In this document: in pieces, positions 43,219 through 53,514 of the stretch
Layout: each line of letters starts with the position of its first letter
Numbering within the stretch: the first letter of the stretch is position 1
Assembly: GCA_964486025.1 (NCBI GenBank)
Contig: CAZAKL010000003.1
Location: 1-56,088, forward strand
Reading direction: 5' to 3'
DNA length: 56,088 bases
From: an uncultured archaeon
GTDB lineage: Archaea > Iainarchaeota > Iainarchaeia > JAADDC01
The notes under the pieces: model-generated
What the model saw: only the letters and a program-made list of their open reading frames with translations
Told to the model about the DNA's origin: nothing
The model's database searches: none
Translations under genes and position numbers: made by a program

Positions 43219-43545
43219 ATGAAGAAGGAAATTGACAGGTCGCTGAAGAAAACAGAGGGAACCCTTCGCTATCTCAGGCTTGCCGTTTTCATCGTTTACG
43301 TCGTGATTCTCGTTGCGCCTCAGGCTTTTGCGTTCAACCCGGGTGATTTCGGACAGAACGTAGCGAACGTGGCAAAACAGATACTGCAGCCCTTGGGTTG
43401 GGTAATTGCGGTAGTTAAGGGCGCGCAGGTGTTCACGGACGAACACAACAGGGTGAGAAACGCCCTCTACATGATTGCGGGCGTAGCTCTTGGCTTCTGG
43501 GACGACACCATAAACTTCATAAAGGGACTCTGGGGTGGACAGTAA
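43219..43545 (+). CDS. trbC: T4SS pilin (TrbC/VirB2 family)
   Basis: Long signal peptide ending AFA, two hydrophobic helices, 108 aa. First gene of the VirB-like block. Confidence 0.7.
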   Translation: MKKEIDRSLKKTEGTLRYLRLAVFIVYVVILVAPQAFAFNPGDFGQNVANVAKQILQPLGWVIAVVKGAQVFTDEHNRVRNALYMIAGVALGFWDDTINFIKGLWGGQ

Positions 43546-43816
43546 GAGAAAGCGGATACTTCGCGACAGCTTTGAAGTGATAAACAGGGAAGTTGAAATT
43601 GCCGCGGGGTTGTCAAGTTCTGATGCAGGAACGGCTCTCGCAGTCGCTTTTGTCGTATACCTGCTTCTGCAAAAGCTGAACTATGCAATTGTTGCAGGCG
43701 GAATCGTTCTGGTCCTGATTGCGCAGCTCAAAAAGGAACTTGGTTCAACGAAAAGGGTGGTAAGCCTTTTCGAGTATTTCGTTAGACCCAAGAGATACGG
43801 ACGGAAGAGATGTTAG
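43535..43816 (+). CDS. trbD: TrbD/VirB3-like small membrane protein
   Basis: 93 aa, GTG start overlapping the trbC stop. One or two TM segments. Directly precedes VirB4. Confidence 0.6.
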   Translation: MDSKRKRILRDSFEVINREVEIAAGLSSSDAGTALAVAFVVYLLLQKLNYAIVAGGIVLVLIAQLKKELGSTKRVVSLFEYFVRPKRYGRKRC

Positions 43817-46362
43817 GACAACTGTTCAGCGAGTTCATTGAGATAGTAAAGGCTCACGTTCCCGACTTCAGCTTCGGATACCTTGAGAGGCTCGTTCCCA
43901 TCCTCGACATACGCAACGGCGTTCTCTACACGACCGATAAGAGAGCAACCGTTTTCTACGAGATACTGCCGAGAGCAGTCGTCAGCCTCGACGCAGGCGA
44001 ACTTGAGGTGCTGTTTGAGAAGCTGTCCGCTTACGGGCGGGACAGGTATGAGGTTTCCTTCTTTTGCACCGTCAGCAGGGGACTGCCCGAGGACTACGAG
44101 AAGCACGTTTCGCTCTTCAGGGGAAAGGGACTCTTTGAAGTTGAAGCGGAGAAGAGGAAAAACCTCTTTGATGGGGGCAGAAAGAGGAGGTATTTCGTTT
44201 CCTTCTCTTCTCCTTCAGTTGAGCGTCTGCTGAAGCTTGAGATGTCTTCCTTTCCATTCGTGGTCAAAGGAAGGCTTGACGACAACGGCATCTTCAACAT
44301 GTTCAGGTGCTTTCTGAGGGACTGCGGAAACTACGACTTCAGGAAGGTCCTTCTCTCAAACCTGAAGTCCGACGGATACGCAAGCGTCAGGGAAAGCATA
44401 TTCCCCGCAGAGATTGAACTCTTAGACGACTGCCTGAAGGTAGGAAAGCACTACTGCCTGCCGTTTTCCGTTGAGTCAATAGGAACGCCTTCGCCTGACG
44501 TGGTTTACGAGATACTTGAGATACCGGACGAGGCTTTCTTCACGACCTCTTTCAGGTATCTGTCAAAGATAGAGGCTGAAGAGCTAATCTCAAACAAGCT
44601 GAAAGCCGTAAAGGGACTCGGTTTTTCAACCACTGCAAAGTTTCAGAAGCACGCTCTAGAGGAACTTCTCTCAATCGTGAAGCTCTCTGACTACTCAGAC
44701 CCCCTCTGCTACTTCCAGATGGGGTGCGTCCTGTTTTCAGAAAGCAGGGACGAACTAAAGGAAACCGCGGAAAGGGTGCGCTCGCACCTTAAGAGCTATG
44801 GATACAGCGTCTATCTTGAGGGGGACCTTGTCAGAGAACTTGCCGACAACCTCGTTCCGAAGGCAAGGCGCCTCGGGTTCTTCAACGATGCTGTCCTTTC
44901 AACCCCCTCATATACCAGGTTCGTGGGATATGAAACTCCGGCACTCGTGTTCCTTGACAGGAACGACAGGGACCTCATCTACTTTGACCCCCTCGACAGG
45001 AAGTCCCAGAGCTGGGGAATCTGCATCTTCGGACCTGCAGGCTCGGGAAAGTCAAACCTTGCAAACGCAATCCTGAAAACCTGCAGGGCTTTGGGCGCCT
45101 GGATAGTCGTCATAGACATCGGGGACAGCTACAGGGAACTCTGCTCGTTCTTTGACGGCGAATACGTGAGGGTCAGCCTCAGCGGAGAAACGAGGATAAA
45201 TCCGTTCCAGTTCAGGTTCGGCTTTACGAAAGTGCCGGAAGAGAGGGTTGAATTCCTCGTTCCCTTCTTTGAGACGCTTCTAAGGTATGAGTTTGACCCA
45301 GAGGAAGTGTCCCTTTTGAAGAGATACGTCTCTTTTCTGTATCAGGAAAAGCTGTCAAGGGACGACAACGAAAACTGGCAGGCATATCTGGAACTGATAA
45401 GAAAGCCCTTCAGCAAAGAAGTTGAAAGGAGAGCCTACGAACACTTTTGCAGGGCGATGCCGACGATTTCCGACATGCTGCTTGAGTTTGAATACCTTGA
45501 CGCATTCAGACAGAGGCTTGAACCAAAAGAAGCGGAACTTCTTGACAGACTGAAGGTCATATTCAGGGGGCTTGAAAACCACCCACTCTTTGACGGTCCC
45601 ACAACGGTAAGGCTCACTGAGGACTTTACTGTCTTTGAACTTAAAGAACTCTCGGGCGAGGAATACAGGCACTACCTTGAGTCCTTCTACATGCTCCTGC
45701 AGAGGTTCATTAACGAGGAAGTTTACTACTCCGAACCTGACCCTGCGAAGGTCCCAAAGTCCCTGATTGACTTTTACGGAGAAGAAGAGCTTACGAAAAG
45801 GTGGAGAAGGTTCAAGGTGTTTCTCACGGACGAGTTTCACTTCGTCAGGAACTCAAAGCCAATCATGGAAGACACCGGGTTCATGTATGCGACCGGAAGG
45901 AAGAAGAACCTCGTGAGAATCATCGTTTCTCAGTTTCTGACGGACCTTCTTTCTCAGGGCGAGGACGTGTATCAGAGGATAGTTGACAACACAGCCGTTA
46001 TATTCCTCGCCTCTCACAGAAGGGAATCCCCGACGGGGGACCTCATCAGGGGATACGAGGACGCGATACGCAAAACGGCAGAGAGGCTTCTCTTTTCCGA
46101 GAAGGAACTTGAAATGTTTAGGTCGTTGAAGAGGGGAAGGGACTTTGCCGACTACTTCATGGTCAGCAGGGATAAGGGCAGAACGCCCGTCAGATACAGG
46201 AACTCCGAGCTTGAAAGGTGGCTGTATGCAACCTACACGGAAGATGTCGTTCTGAGGGACACGCTCATCAGGAAGTTCGGAAGGGAAAAGGCATACGAGC
46301 TTCTGCTCACAAAACCCGTGGAAGAACTTAAAAAACTTGCAGGGGTCAGCGATGAAATTTAG
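43810..46362 (+). CDS. trbE: VirB4/TrbE-family T4SS ATPase
   Basis: 850 aa. Walker A FGPAGSGKSN, Walker B VFLTDEFHF. Position after B2/B3. Confidence 0.85.
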   Translation: MLGQLFSEFIEIVKAHVPDFSFGYLERLVPILDIRNGVLYTTDKRATVFYEILPRAVVSLDAGELEVLFEKLSAYGRDRYEVSFFCTVSRGLPEDYEKHVSLFRGKGLFEVEAEKRKNLFDGGRKRRYFVSFSSPSVERLLKLEMSSFPFVVKGRLDDNGIFNMFRCFLRDCGNYDFRKVLLSNLKSDGYASVRESIFPAEIELLDDCLKVGKHYCLPFSVESIGTPSPDVVYEILEIPDEAFFTTSFRYLSKIEAEELISNKLKAVKGLGFSTTAKFQKHALEELLSIVKLSDYSDPLCYFQMGCVLFSESRDELKETAERVRSHLKSYGYSVYLEGDLVRELADNLVPKARRLGFFNDAVLSTPSYTRFVGYETPALVFLDRNDRDLIYFDPLDRKSQSWGICIFGPAGSGKSNLANAILKTCRALGAWIVVIDIGDSYRELCSFFDGEYVRVSLSGETRINPFQFRFGFTKVPEERVEFLVPFFETLLRYEFDPEEVSLLKRYVSFLYQEKLSRDDNENWQAYLELIRKPFSKEVERRAYEHFCRAMPTISDMLLEFEYLDAFRQRLEPKEAELLDRLKVIFRGLENHPLFDGPTTVRLTEDFTVFELKELSGEEYRHYLESFYMLLQRFINEEVYYSEPDPAKVPKSLIDFYGEEELTKRWRRFKVFLTDEFHFVRNSKPIMEDTGFMYATGRKKNLVRIIVSQFLTDLLSQGEDVYQRIVDNTAVIFLASHRRESPTGDLIRGYEDAIRKTAERLLFSEKELEMFRSLKRGRDFADYFMVSRDKGRTPVRYRNSELERWLYATYTEDVVLRDTLIRKFGREKAYELLLTKPVEELKKLAGVSDEI

Positions 46363-47173
46363 AAAGGCGGTTGTAGGAATTTTTGCCGTTTTCTGCATGT
46401 CAGCGGCTTTTCCGATAGCGGCAAATGCCGGATGTCATATAAACCTCGGGCCAATCATCTCAGTTCTAAAACAGATACTTTCCTGGGTGGAACAGGTTGA
46501 AAACGCCGTTCAGCAGGTTGAGAACACCCTATACAACCTGCCAAACATTGTCAATAGCTACCTAAAACAGCTTGAAAAGCAAACTACTACAAAAGTCCAA
46601 CGGACGGAAGATAGGTATAGGGGTCTCGTCCGGGAAACGGTGCGCAGGTATGGGAGCTACACTTCATACCCTTCGCCGGAAGACGTGGTTCCCGTTTTTT
46701 ACAACCCGGCAACAGGAAGGTGGGAAACGCCCGATGGTAACCCCCCGACCTACAAACAGGTTGCAACCTACATCCAGATGCTGACGGGCGGTGCAGAACC
46801 CCCCGAACTGAAGCAGCTTGCCGAAAGGGCTGGGAAGAAGGGCATACTTGCCTACCAGACGCTGAAGGTGAGAAGGTCAGCCCTTGAGGCTGCCGTTGCT
46901 TCAAGCATGAAGGACGAGGAAATAGCGAAGAGATACGCCGAAGAAACCGACGAGGTGATGAAAAAGATAGCTGACGGCACGCCGACGGGGAAGCTGCTTC
47001 AATTCCAGGCTGAGCTGATAGCGATAAACAACAAACTTCTGGCTCAGCAGAACAGGCTTCTCGCAAACATTTCAAGGGAACTGTCAATACTGGCAGGTCA
47101 GGAAATCAAGTCTCAGGAAGAAACGACCAAAAAGATGCTGAGGGCTTACAACGCTCTCGGCAAAAGCAAATAG
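46352..47173 (+). CDS. trbJ: TrbJ/VirB5-like secreted coiled-coil protein
   Basis: Signal peptide MKFRKAVVGIFAVFCMSAAFPIAANA, helical repeats. Position after VirB4. Confidence 0.55.
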   Translation: MKFRKAVVGIFAVFCMSAAFPIAANAGCHINLGPIISVLKQILSWVEQVENAVQQVENTLYNLPNIVNSYLKQLEKQTTTKVQRTEDRYRGLVRETVRRYGSYTSYPSPEDVVPVFYNPATGRWETPDGNPPTYKQVATYIQMLTGGAEPPELKQLAERAGKKGILAYQTLKVRRSALEAAVASSMKDEEIAKRYAEETDEVMKKIADGTPTGKLLQFQAELIAINNKLLAQQNRLLANISRELSILAGQEIKSQEETTKKMLRAYNALGKSK

Positions 47174-47184
47174 CAGGGGGAATC

Positions 47185-48291
47185 ATGACTCTGACTGACC
47201 TTGTCTTAATAATGACCAGCACGGCGGCGGGACCCATGAAGGTTGCCGTGAAGCTTGCAGACGTAGTGTCAACGATTTTTCTTGGGCTTCTCTCGGTCGG
47301 CTTTGCTTCCTGGTCCTACAAAATAGTGACGAAGAAAGAGCAGTTTGAAGGCGAAAAGCTGCTTGCCTGGATGCTCATTCCAGCTCTGGCATACTCTCTC
47401 ATAGTCCCCTCTTCCATTCCCGGAATTTCACCAGACGGCGAGGGCATCATCCTCGGACTCGTGAAGGATTCCTACCTTGCAGTCGGAAGCGTGGTTGACA
47501 GACACATGGTTCCAGAGGTGGCGAAGGTTACCAAAGCGCCCGAGCCGGAGTTCACGGAACTTGCGAAAGATTTCAGGGACAGAGCCATCAAGGTTTCAGA
47601 AATTATCAGGGATAGAGTTAGAAAGGAGCTCGGTGACCAGCTTTCAGACCCTTCAAAATTCGACTCAACCTTTATCACGAAGCATCCGACGTTCACGGGA
47701 ACGATTCTCGCTCTCCTTGCAGGAGTTGGAGCCGGTGTAAAGGCAGCGTTCAGCGACATCGGGATAATAGGGAAGCTGGGGTTTGCAGGGAAGATACTGA
47801 CAGGCGTAGTTGCTGGAGGCGTTCAGGCTGGAGAATACATCATATTCAACCTTCTCATAGGATACGCCGTTGACTTCGTCTGGAGGTTGGTGATCATACT
47901 CTGGTATATCAAAGCCTCTGCGGTTCTTATTCTTGCGCCCATAAGCGCCATGACCGTTGCCCTTGAGTTCAGGTTCGGCGAGGGGAACGTCACGAGGTTC
48001 CTTGTCAACCTTCTCGGTATAGCCATAACGCCTCTCGCCCTTGTTGCAATTCTCACGGGCGCAATCACCGCCTACCCGATAGCTGAAAGCCTTGCCGCTT
48101 CAACCGGCGGTCTTGAAGGTTTCATCTTCTCTCTTTTCATAGGAATAGGTTATCCGATTATTGCAGCAACGGTTCTTCTCAGGGTTGGTGAAATTATCTC
48201 TTACGTCATAGGCGTTTCGGTTTTTGCAATGAGCGCCGTTATCAACGCATACACAAGACCTGCGAACATACTGCAGGAAATCAGGGCTTAA
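47185..48291 (+). CDS. trbL: TrbL/VirB6-like polytopic membrane protein
   Basis: 368 aa with at least 6 TM segments. Synteny. Confidence 0.6.
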   Translation: MTLTDLVLIMTSTAAGPMKVAVKLADVVSTIFLGLLSVGFASWSYKIVTKKEQFEGEKLLAWMLIPALAYSLIVPSSIPGISPDGEGIILGLVKDSYLAVGSVVDRHMVPEVAKVTKAPEPEFTELAKDFRDRAIKVSEIIRDRVRKELGDQLSDPSKFDSTFITKHPTFTGTILALLAGVGAGVKAAFSDIGIIGKLGFAGKILTGVVAGGVQAGEYIIFNLLIGYAVDFVWRLVIILWYIKASAVLILAPISAMTVALEFRFGEGNVTRFLVNLLGIAITPLALVAILTGAITAYPIAESLAASTGGLEGFIFSLFIGIGYPIIAATVLLRVGEIISYVIGVSVFAMSAVINAYTRPANILQEIRA

Positions 48292-48300
48292 GAGGTGTAA

Positions 48301-48891
48301 ATGGCTGAGAAAGAGAAAAAGAAGATTCCCGACTACGCAAGGGTGGATGTGGTGGGCATCTACTACTCGCAGATGAAGATATGGCAGGTCGTTGCGGTGG
48401 TCCTTGCCGTAGCCACCGCTTTTTTGTCTTTCAAAGTTTCAAAAAGCAAATATGTATATCTATACAGCGACCAGCTGCAGGTCGTGAAGCTCTCTCCCAC
48501 TTCGCCGAAAGTTGAGGCTTTTTTGAATCAGGCTGCAAAGGCGATACTGAGGATTTCCTACCAGACCTTTGATAGGGATGTCAAAGCGGCTACGGCATAC
48601 ATGACACCCCAGACCGGGGAGAAGTTTCTTTCCGCCATGTCTCTTCTCAAGTCTGACTTCCTTCAGAACAAATACATCTGGACGCCTGAAAGCCCGCAGA
48701 TAACGGTGACCAGGCTAAACAAGAGAATTGCCTTCGTCGTTCAGTGTCCCGTTATCGTTACGAGCGTTGAAACGGGGAAGGAAGCCGTTAAGAACGTGAA
48801 GATAGAGGGGTTCATCACGGCGGGAACGCCGAACGAGATAAACCTTTACCCATACAGGATTTCAGACATAAGGCTAACCATACCGCCGTAA
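48301..48891 (+). CDS. trbF: VirB8/TrbF-like bitopic protein
   Basis: N-terminal TM WQVVAVVLAVATAFLSF plus a ~150-aa periplasmic domain. Synteny. Confidence 0.55.
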   Translation: MAEKEKKKIPDYARVDVVGIYYSQMKIWQVVAVVLAVATAFLSFKVSKSKYVYLYSDQLQVVKLSPTSPKVEAFLNQAAKAILRISYQTFDRDVKAATAYMTPQTGEKFLSAMSLLKSDFLQNKYIWTPESPQITVTRLNKRIAFVVQCPVIVTSVETGKEAVKNVKIEGFITAGTPNEINLYPYRISDIRLTIPP

Positions 48892-48949
48892 GCGTTACTA
48901 TTTTGTATAATTTTTCATAATTACAAAATTTTGGACTGGGGACGGACCG

Positions 48950-49549
48950 ATGAAAACGGTTTTGAAGGCAATTCTGATTGCAGCCCTTACGTGCTGCAGT
49001 GGCGCTTTCGCCCAAACGCCAATCAAGGAAAAGAACATAGTAATTAATCCCAACTCTCTTGAGCTTCAGAAGAAGCTTGATGAGTTCAGGGAATCCATTC
49101 CAGACCTCTCGGTCAGGAAGGTAAAAATCAAACCCGACGGCGTGAAGGTGATTATTACGAGACCGAACTTCTGGACTGTCGTTCGCTTTCATCTCGGCAC
49201 GAAAGTTGACTACGTGGTCGGCAATCCCTCGGTTTACGAGGTAAAGAAAGTCGGCAACGACACGCTTCTCATAAGGCCCTCAAAAAAGTTCGTCAACAGC
49301 AACCTCGTCGTGACCGCCGGGGGGAAAGCCTATCAGTTCCTGCTCACGCAGAGCCTCAAACAACTTGACGGAATCGTTGAGGTTTATCCTGCAAGAAAGG
49401 TCAACTACGAAAAGGAACTTCAGAAGGTCCTATCAGGCGGTAAAAGCCCGTATGTCAGGGTTGTTCCTTACAGAGAGGGAGGGCACTACGACAGGGTAAT
49501 CAGCGTGAATGGCAAGACGCTGGGGGTTATCTATGTTAGACAGAATTAA
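48950..49549 (+). CDS. trbG: VirB9/TrbG-like outer-membrane core protein
   Basis: Signal peptide. TVVRFHLGTKVDYVVGNPSVYEV...LLIRPSKKFVNSNLVVTAGGKAYQFLL fits the VirB9/CagX N-domain pattern. Confidence 0.65.
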   Translation: MKTVLKAILIAALTCCSGAFAQTPIKEKNIVINPNSLELQKKLDEFRESIPDLSVRKVKIKPDGVKVIITRPNFWTVVRFHLGTKVDYVVGNPSVYEVKKVGNDTLLIRPSKKFVNSNLVVTAGGKAYQFLLTQSLKQLDGIVEVYPARKVNYEKELQKVLSGGKSPYVRVVPYREGGHYDRVISVNGKTLGVIYVRQN

Positions 49550-50576
49550 GCAGATTTTTTCAAAAGAAAATCCGAATAGAAACGTTTATCTCGTCGCCCT
49601 CGCAATTCTTGCTGTAACGGCGTTCAACGCTTACAGCCACTTCTTTGCAAAGAAAGAGAAGGTAAGGGTTGAAGGAACCGCGAAGACAATTGGTCAGCAG
49701 GACATCAGTTCTGAAATCCTCAAGCTGAAAGTTCAGGAAGAAAAGAAAAAGGAACTTCAAAAAGCCGGTGTTCAGCTTGAAAACACCACTTTTGAGCCGC
49801 CAGAGCGCCGGACGCACAGGAAAAACAGGACCATGGATGAAGAGAGCTTCTACCAGAGCGACGAGGTTGAGAAGCTGCGCAGAGAGATAGAAGAGCTGAA
49901 AAGGAAGCAAAAGGAAAGGGAAAGATTTCAGGCTTCTGTCGCTCTCGCCAGAGCTGCCCTTTCAGAGATAGGTGCACCGATTTCCTACGGAAGTGAAAGG
50001 ATCGTAGAGGTAGCGCAGGAAAAACCGAAAGAAGAAAAACCCGAAACAGGGAAAAAAACAGAGTGGATTTTCCAGACCGAAGGAACGATTCTTGATACCG
50101 TTAAGCTGCCGGAGGGAGCTTCGGCATACGTTAGAGTTAAGACGCCAGAAGGTGTTCTTCTTGCAAAGGCTAAAGCCGACATCCTCGGCATAAGATTTTC
50201 ACAGCAAGCGCTCTTAGATGCAGTTCCCGTAAACGTTCAAATCACGGGAACTGACGGCAGCCCATACGTTTTCTCCTACGTCGTTGATACTACGGCTAAA
50301 AAAGTAAAAAAGCTCGCTTTCCTTTCCTTTATAAAGGGCGTTGCAGAGGGCATAGCTAACATAGCAGGAAAGACCCTGCTTGTTCCGAACGGAGGCGGAT
50401 TCACGCAGATAGGTGTTGTCGAAAACACAGGAAGATATGCAGCTGCAAAAGGGATTGAAAGCGGTGTGAACGTTCTGACCGAGGAGGAGAAGAGAAAAAT
50501 CAGGGCAATGGTTGATTACTATGTTCTTCTTCCCGGAGAAAAAGTGAAAGTTCTTATCATCAGGGGGATAAAATGA
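49533..50576 (+). CDS. trbI: VirB10/TrbI-like protein
   Basis: N-terminal TM, charged linker, beta-rich C-terminal domain. Synteny; sequence divergent. Confidence 0.55.
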   Translation: MLDRIKQIFSKENPNRNVYLVALAILAVTAFNAYSHFFAKKEKVRVEGTAKTIGQQDISSEILKLKVQEEKKKELQKAGVQLENTTFEPPERRTHRKNRTMDEESFYQSDEVEKLRREIEELKRKQKERERFQASVALARAALSEIGAPISYGSERIVEVAQEKPKEEKPETGKKTEWIFQTEGTILDTVKLPEGASAYVRVKTPEGVLLAKAKADILGIRFSQQALLDAVPVNVQITGTDGSPYVFSYVVDTTAKKVKKLAFLSFIKGVAEGIANIAGKTLLVPNGGGFTQIGVVENTGRYAAAKGIESGVNVLTEEEKRKIRAMVDYYVLLPGEKVKVLIIRGIK

Positions 50577-51703
50577 GGTTTAAAGACGTTAAAGAGGTCA
50601 ACTTTAACAACGGAATCTACGAGATATTCATCTCTTCAGAGCCGTCAACCGAAGAGGTTGATACCGAAGCAAAAGTAGAGGAGCGGGCGCTTTCAAAGTT
50701 TCTTCTGAAGATGGTCGAGGAGGTGGATTCCGAACACCTTCCTGAAGTAAAACTGGATCTTACTAGCGAAAAGGGGGAAGAGTTAAAACTCACAATTAAC
50801 CCGAACGGCAACCTCTTCTTTGAAGCTGCAACGGTGGAAACGTTCAGAAAACTGCTCCAAGAGTACGAAAGAGCAAAGGAAGTGGCTCTCAAAAAGCTCA
50901 AAGAAAAAGTTGTTAGAGAAAAACCTGAAAGCGGTGTGGCGCTTGACCTGCGGGAAGGCGTGGAACTTTCTATTGTTTCCGGAATTTTGAAAGCGTCCGT
51001 GGGTGACTACTACATCAGGGAAGTTTCAAAGGTGGGACACCTTGAATTTGCCCGCAGGAATGAGATAGTCCAGGCCTACAGGCGTGCTCACTTTGATGCC
51101 GACTTTTTGACAGGAAAACAGCTCAGACAACTCGGCATAGACAAACTCGCAACTGGAAAAGAGGTAGAAGACGATGCCCTTTACCTTTACGTCAGGAAGT
51201 CGGACAACTGGCTCAAAAAAACGATTGCGGACGGCATAGACCTCGGTCTCAGGGAAAAGCTCTCTTTTGAGGATGCAGCCGTGGGTGCAGCTGCAGTCGG
51301 ACTCGCGTCAATGGTTGCAGCCGTGGAAATGGCAAAAGGCGTCAAATACATATACTCTCACAGAAGGTCCCTTGCCCTTGCATTCAGGAGGATGGTTGAA
51401 AGGTTTGTTGAAGAGAAAAGGACTGAAGAGTCTCTTATCATTAAAGACAGGACATCCGTTGAAATCGAAAAGATGCTGAAAGACGCCGGGTTTAACGACG
51501 AGGAAGTAGCGAAGCTGAAGGAACTCGGCGAAAAGGGGTTTGACCCCGAACTTGTTGACCGGTATTTTGAGATAGCAAAAGGTGTCCTTGCAAGGCGCGG
51601 AGTTCTCTCTGAATTTTCCCAGAAAGTTGAAGAAGCCGTTCAGGAGTCCCCCGAACAGGAAGAAAGGAGAGGACCTCAACCTGGAAGACTTCCGGGGGTT
51701 TAA
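50573..51703 (+). CDS. Hypothetical protein with a central Ala/Gly-rich TM (376 aa)
   Basis: ATGA overlap with the trbI-like gene. AAVGAAAVGLASMVAAVEMA. Confidence 0.6.
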   Translation: MRFKDVKEVNFNNGIYEIFISSEPSTEEVDTEAKVEERALSKFLLKMVEEVDSEHLPEVKLDLTSEKGEELKLTINPNGNLFFEAATVETFRKLLQEYERAKEVALKKLKEKVVREKPESGVALDLREGVELSIVSGILKASVGDYYIREVSKVGHLEFARRNEIVQAYRRAHFDADFLTGKQLRQLGIDKLATGKEVEDDALYLYVRKSDNWLKKTIADGIDLGLREKLSFEDAAVGAAAVGLASMVAAVEMAKGVKYIYSHRRSLALAFRRMVERFVEEKRTEESLIIKDRTSVEIEKMLKDAGFNDEEVAKLKELGEKGFDPELVDRYFEIAKGVLARRGVLSEFSQKVEEAVQESPEQEERRGPQPGRLPGV

Positions 51704-52738
51704 GTGGACCTGAGAGAAATTCTCGCCCTTGCGGTTGAAATGAGAGCGTCGGACGTCCACGTTAAGAGCGGTCTACCGCCCGCTTTCAGGGTGAACGGGA
51801 GGGTGGATTTTCGCGGAAAACCGCTTTCTTCCGAGCAGGTCAGCAGGTTTATATCTCAGGTCGTTACTTCTGAAGTCAAAAAAGCCGAACTCACCAAAAA
51901 GGGCGAGGTGGACGTTTCATATTCTTCAGGAGGTAGCCGATTCAGGGTAAACGTCTTCAGGGAACAGGGAAAATACTGCATGGTCTTCAGAAGACTTCCC
52001 GAGGAAGTGCCTGAACTGGGACAGCTCGGTCTTCCACAGGAGCTGCGCGGACTTGCCCTCATTCCCAGGGGAATGGTAGTCGTTACGGGCATTACGGGTT
52101 CCGGTAAGTCCACCACGCTGGCTGCAATGCTTGAAGTGAGAAACCGGGAAAGAGAGGAAGTCGTAATCACGATTGAAAATCCGGTTGAATACGTCTTTAA
52201 ACCGAAGAAGTGTCTCTTCTACCAGAGGGAAGTGGGAAGGGACACCCAGTCCTTTTTCTCCGGTCTCGTCGCGGCTCTGCGTGAAGACCCGGACGTGATA
52301 CTGGTTGGCGAGATAAGGGATTCTGAGCAGATGAACACGGCGCTGTCGGCTGTTGAAACCGGACACGCGGTTTTTACAACGGTTCACGCCGTTGACGCCG
52401 TTTCAACGTTCAGCAGAATTCTCTCGTTCTACCCTGCAGCCGATAGGGAAAGGGTCGCATATTCTCTCTCTGTTTCCCTGAAGGCGGTCGTTTCTCAGAG
52501 GCTCGTTCCGTCGGTTGAAGGAAGCAGAATTGCCGTAGTGGAACTTCTTGAAGTTGACGGAGAGGTCAGTAAGGCTGTCTCTTCCCTTGACTTTGACAGG
52601 CTGAAGAACATCCTCAGAGAAAGAGGAAAAGATTTTGACAGCGTGGCCTTCAGACTCTATGAGGAAGGAAAAATAGACAGGGAAACCCTGTTGAGAGTTT
52701 CTTCAAACCCTAAAGAGGTGGAAAGGTGGCTTATGTAG
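51704..52738 (+). CDS. PilT-type hexameric ATPase at the end of the T4SS block (occupies the VirB11/TrbB role?)
   Basis: The N-terminus LAVEMRASDVHVKSGLPPAFRVNG is classical PilT. GITGSGKSTT, VGEIRDSEQM, TTVHAVDA. Confidence 0.85.
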   Translation: MDLREILALAVEMRASDVHVKSGLPPAFRVNGRVDFRGKPLSSEQVSRFISQVVTSEVKKAELTKKGEVDVSYSSGGSRFRVNVFREQGKYCMVFRRLPEEVPELGQLGLPQELRGLALIPRGMVVVTGITGSGKSTTLAAMLEVRNREREEVVITIENPVEYVFKPKKCLFYQREVGRDTQSFFSGLVAALREDPDVILVGEIRDSEQMNTALSAVETGHAVFTTVHAVDAVSTFSRILSFYPAADRERVAYSLSVSLKAVVSQRLVPSVEGSRIAVVELLEVDGEVSKAVSSLDFDRLKNILRERGKDFDSVAFRLYEEGKIDRETLLRVSSNPKEVERWLM

Positions 52739-53505
52739 CTCTGGCCGTTCTTTTTCTGTTTTCGCTGTTCCTGGGAACAATGCTTTCGGACGTGACGGGC
52801 GCTGCTAAAAATCAAACGGATAAGCGTTCAAGGGTTGAAGCTCTCATTTCTGCAATCAAGACCGATTACGGAAGCGACTTTTTCAACATAGATAACGACA
52901 CGAACGACGACTTCGAGGGGTTTTACAACCTGCAGGACTACTGCAGGTCCAGAAGCCTCATATGCAGAGACCAGCGTGGCCCCTGGAGGTGGGAAATTAC
53001 CATTTACGAAGAACCGCTTTTCAGATACAGAGTAATAAAGATATACGACGCAGACGGAGACGAACTCGGCGAGGTTTCGGGCGCTCCATACTGGGGCAAA
53101 TACATGATGCACGTTGACTACACAATCGGGTCTGTCTGCGGACTGCTCCTTGACTACTGGAAGGGAATGTCAAACATGGCTGGTGCGGATCTCAACTGGT
53201 ATGCTGAAAACGGACCGGGATGCACCTACGACGGAGGCGTTGATTCCGTAACTGTCGGTTCGGCAGTAGTAAAGAAGCAGATTTCCTGCGCGGCGGACTG
53301 GACGCCTGCCACGAGCCTTGGCCTGGACCAGATAGTGGGCGGTCTGTGGAAGCTCAGGACCGGAACCATAGAAATAAAGAACGGCAACAGCATATATACG
53401 AACGAGTGCGCTTCTTCAGGTCTTGACGGAACAAAACCGCCCTACGCCGTTGCTCTGCGCGTATGGGTCCTGAAGGGTTACTATCAGGTGTGCTGCGGTT
53501 ATTAG
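52726..53505 (+). CDS. Cys-rich exported protein with an N-terminal hydrophobic anchor (259 aa)
   Basis: MAYVALAVLFLFSLFLGTML. About 10 Cys. No E+5, so not called as a pilin. Confidence 0.55.
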   Translation: MAYVALAVLFLFSLFLGTMLSDVTGAAKNQTDKRSRVEALISAIKTDYGSDFFNIDNDTNDDFEGFYNLQDYCRSRSLICRDQRGPWRWEITIYEEPLFRYRVIKIYDADGDELGEVSGAPYWGKYMMHVDYTIGSVCGLLLDYWKGMSNMAGADLNWYAENGPGCTYDGGVDSVTVGSAVVKKQISCAADWTPATSLGLDQIVGGLWKLRTGTIEIKNGNSIYTNECASSGLDGTKPPYAVALRVWVLKGYYQVCCGY

Positions 53506-53514
53506 GAGGATGTC

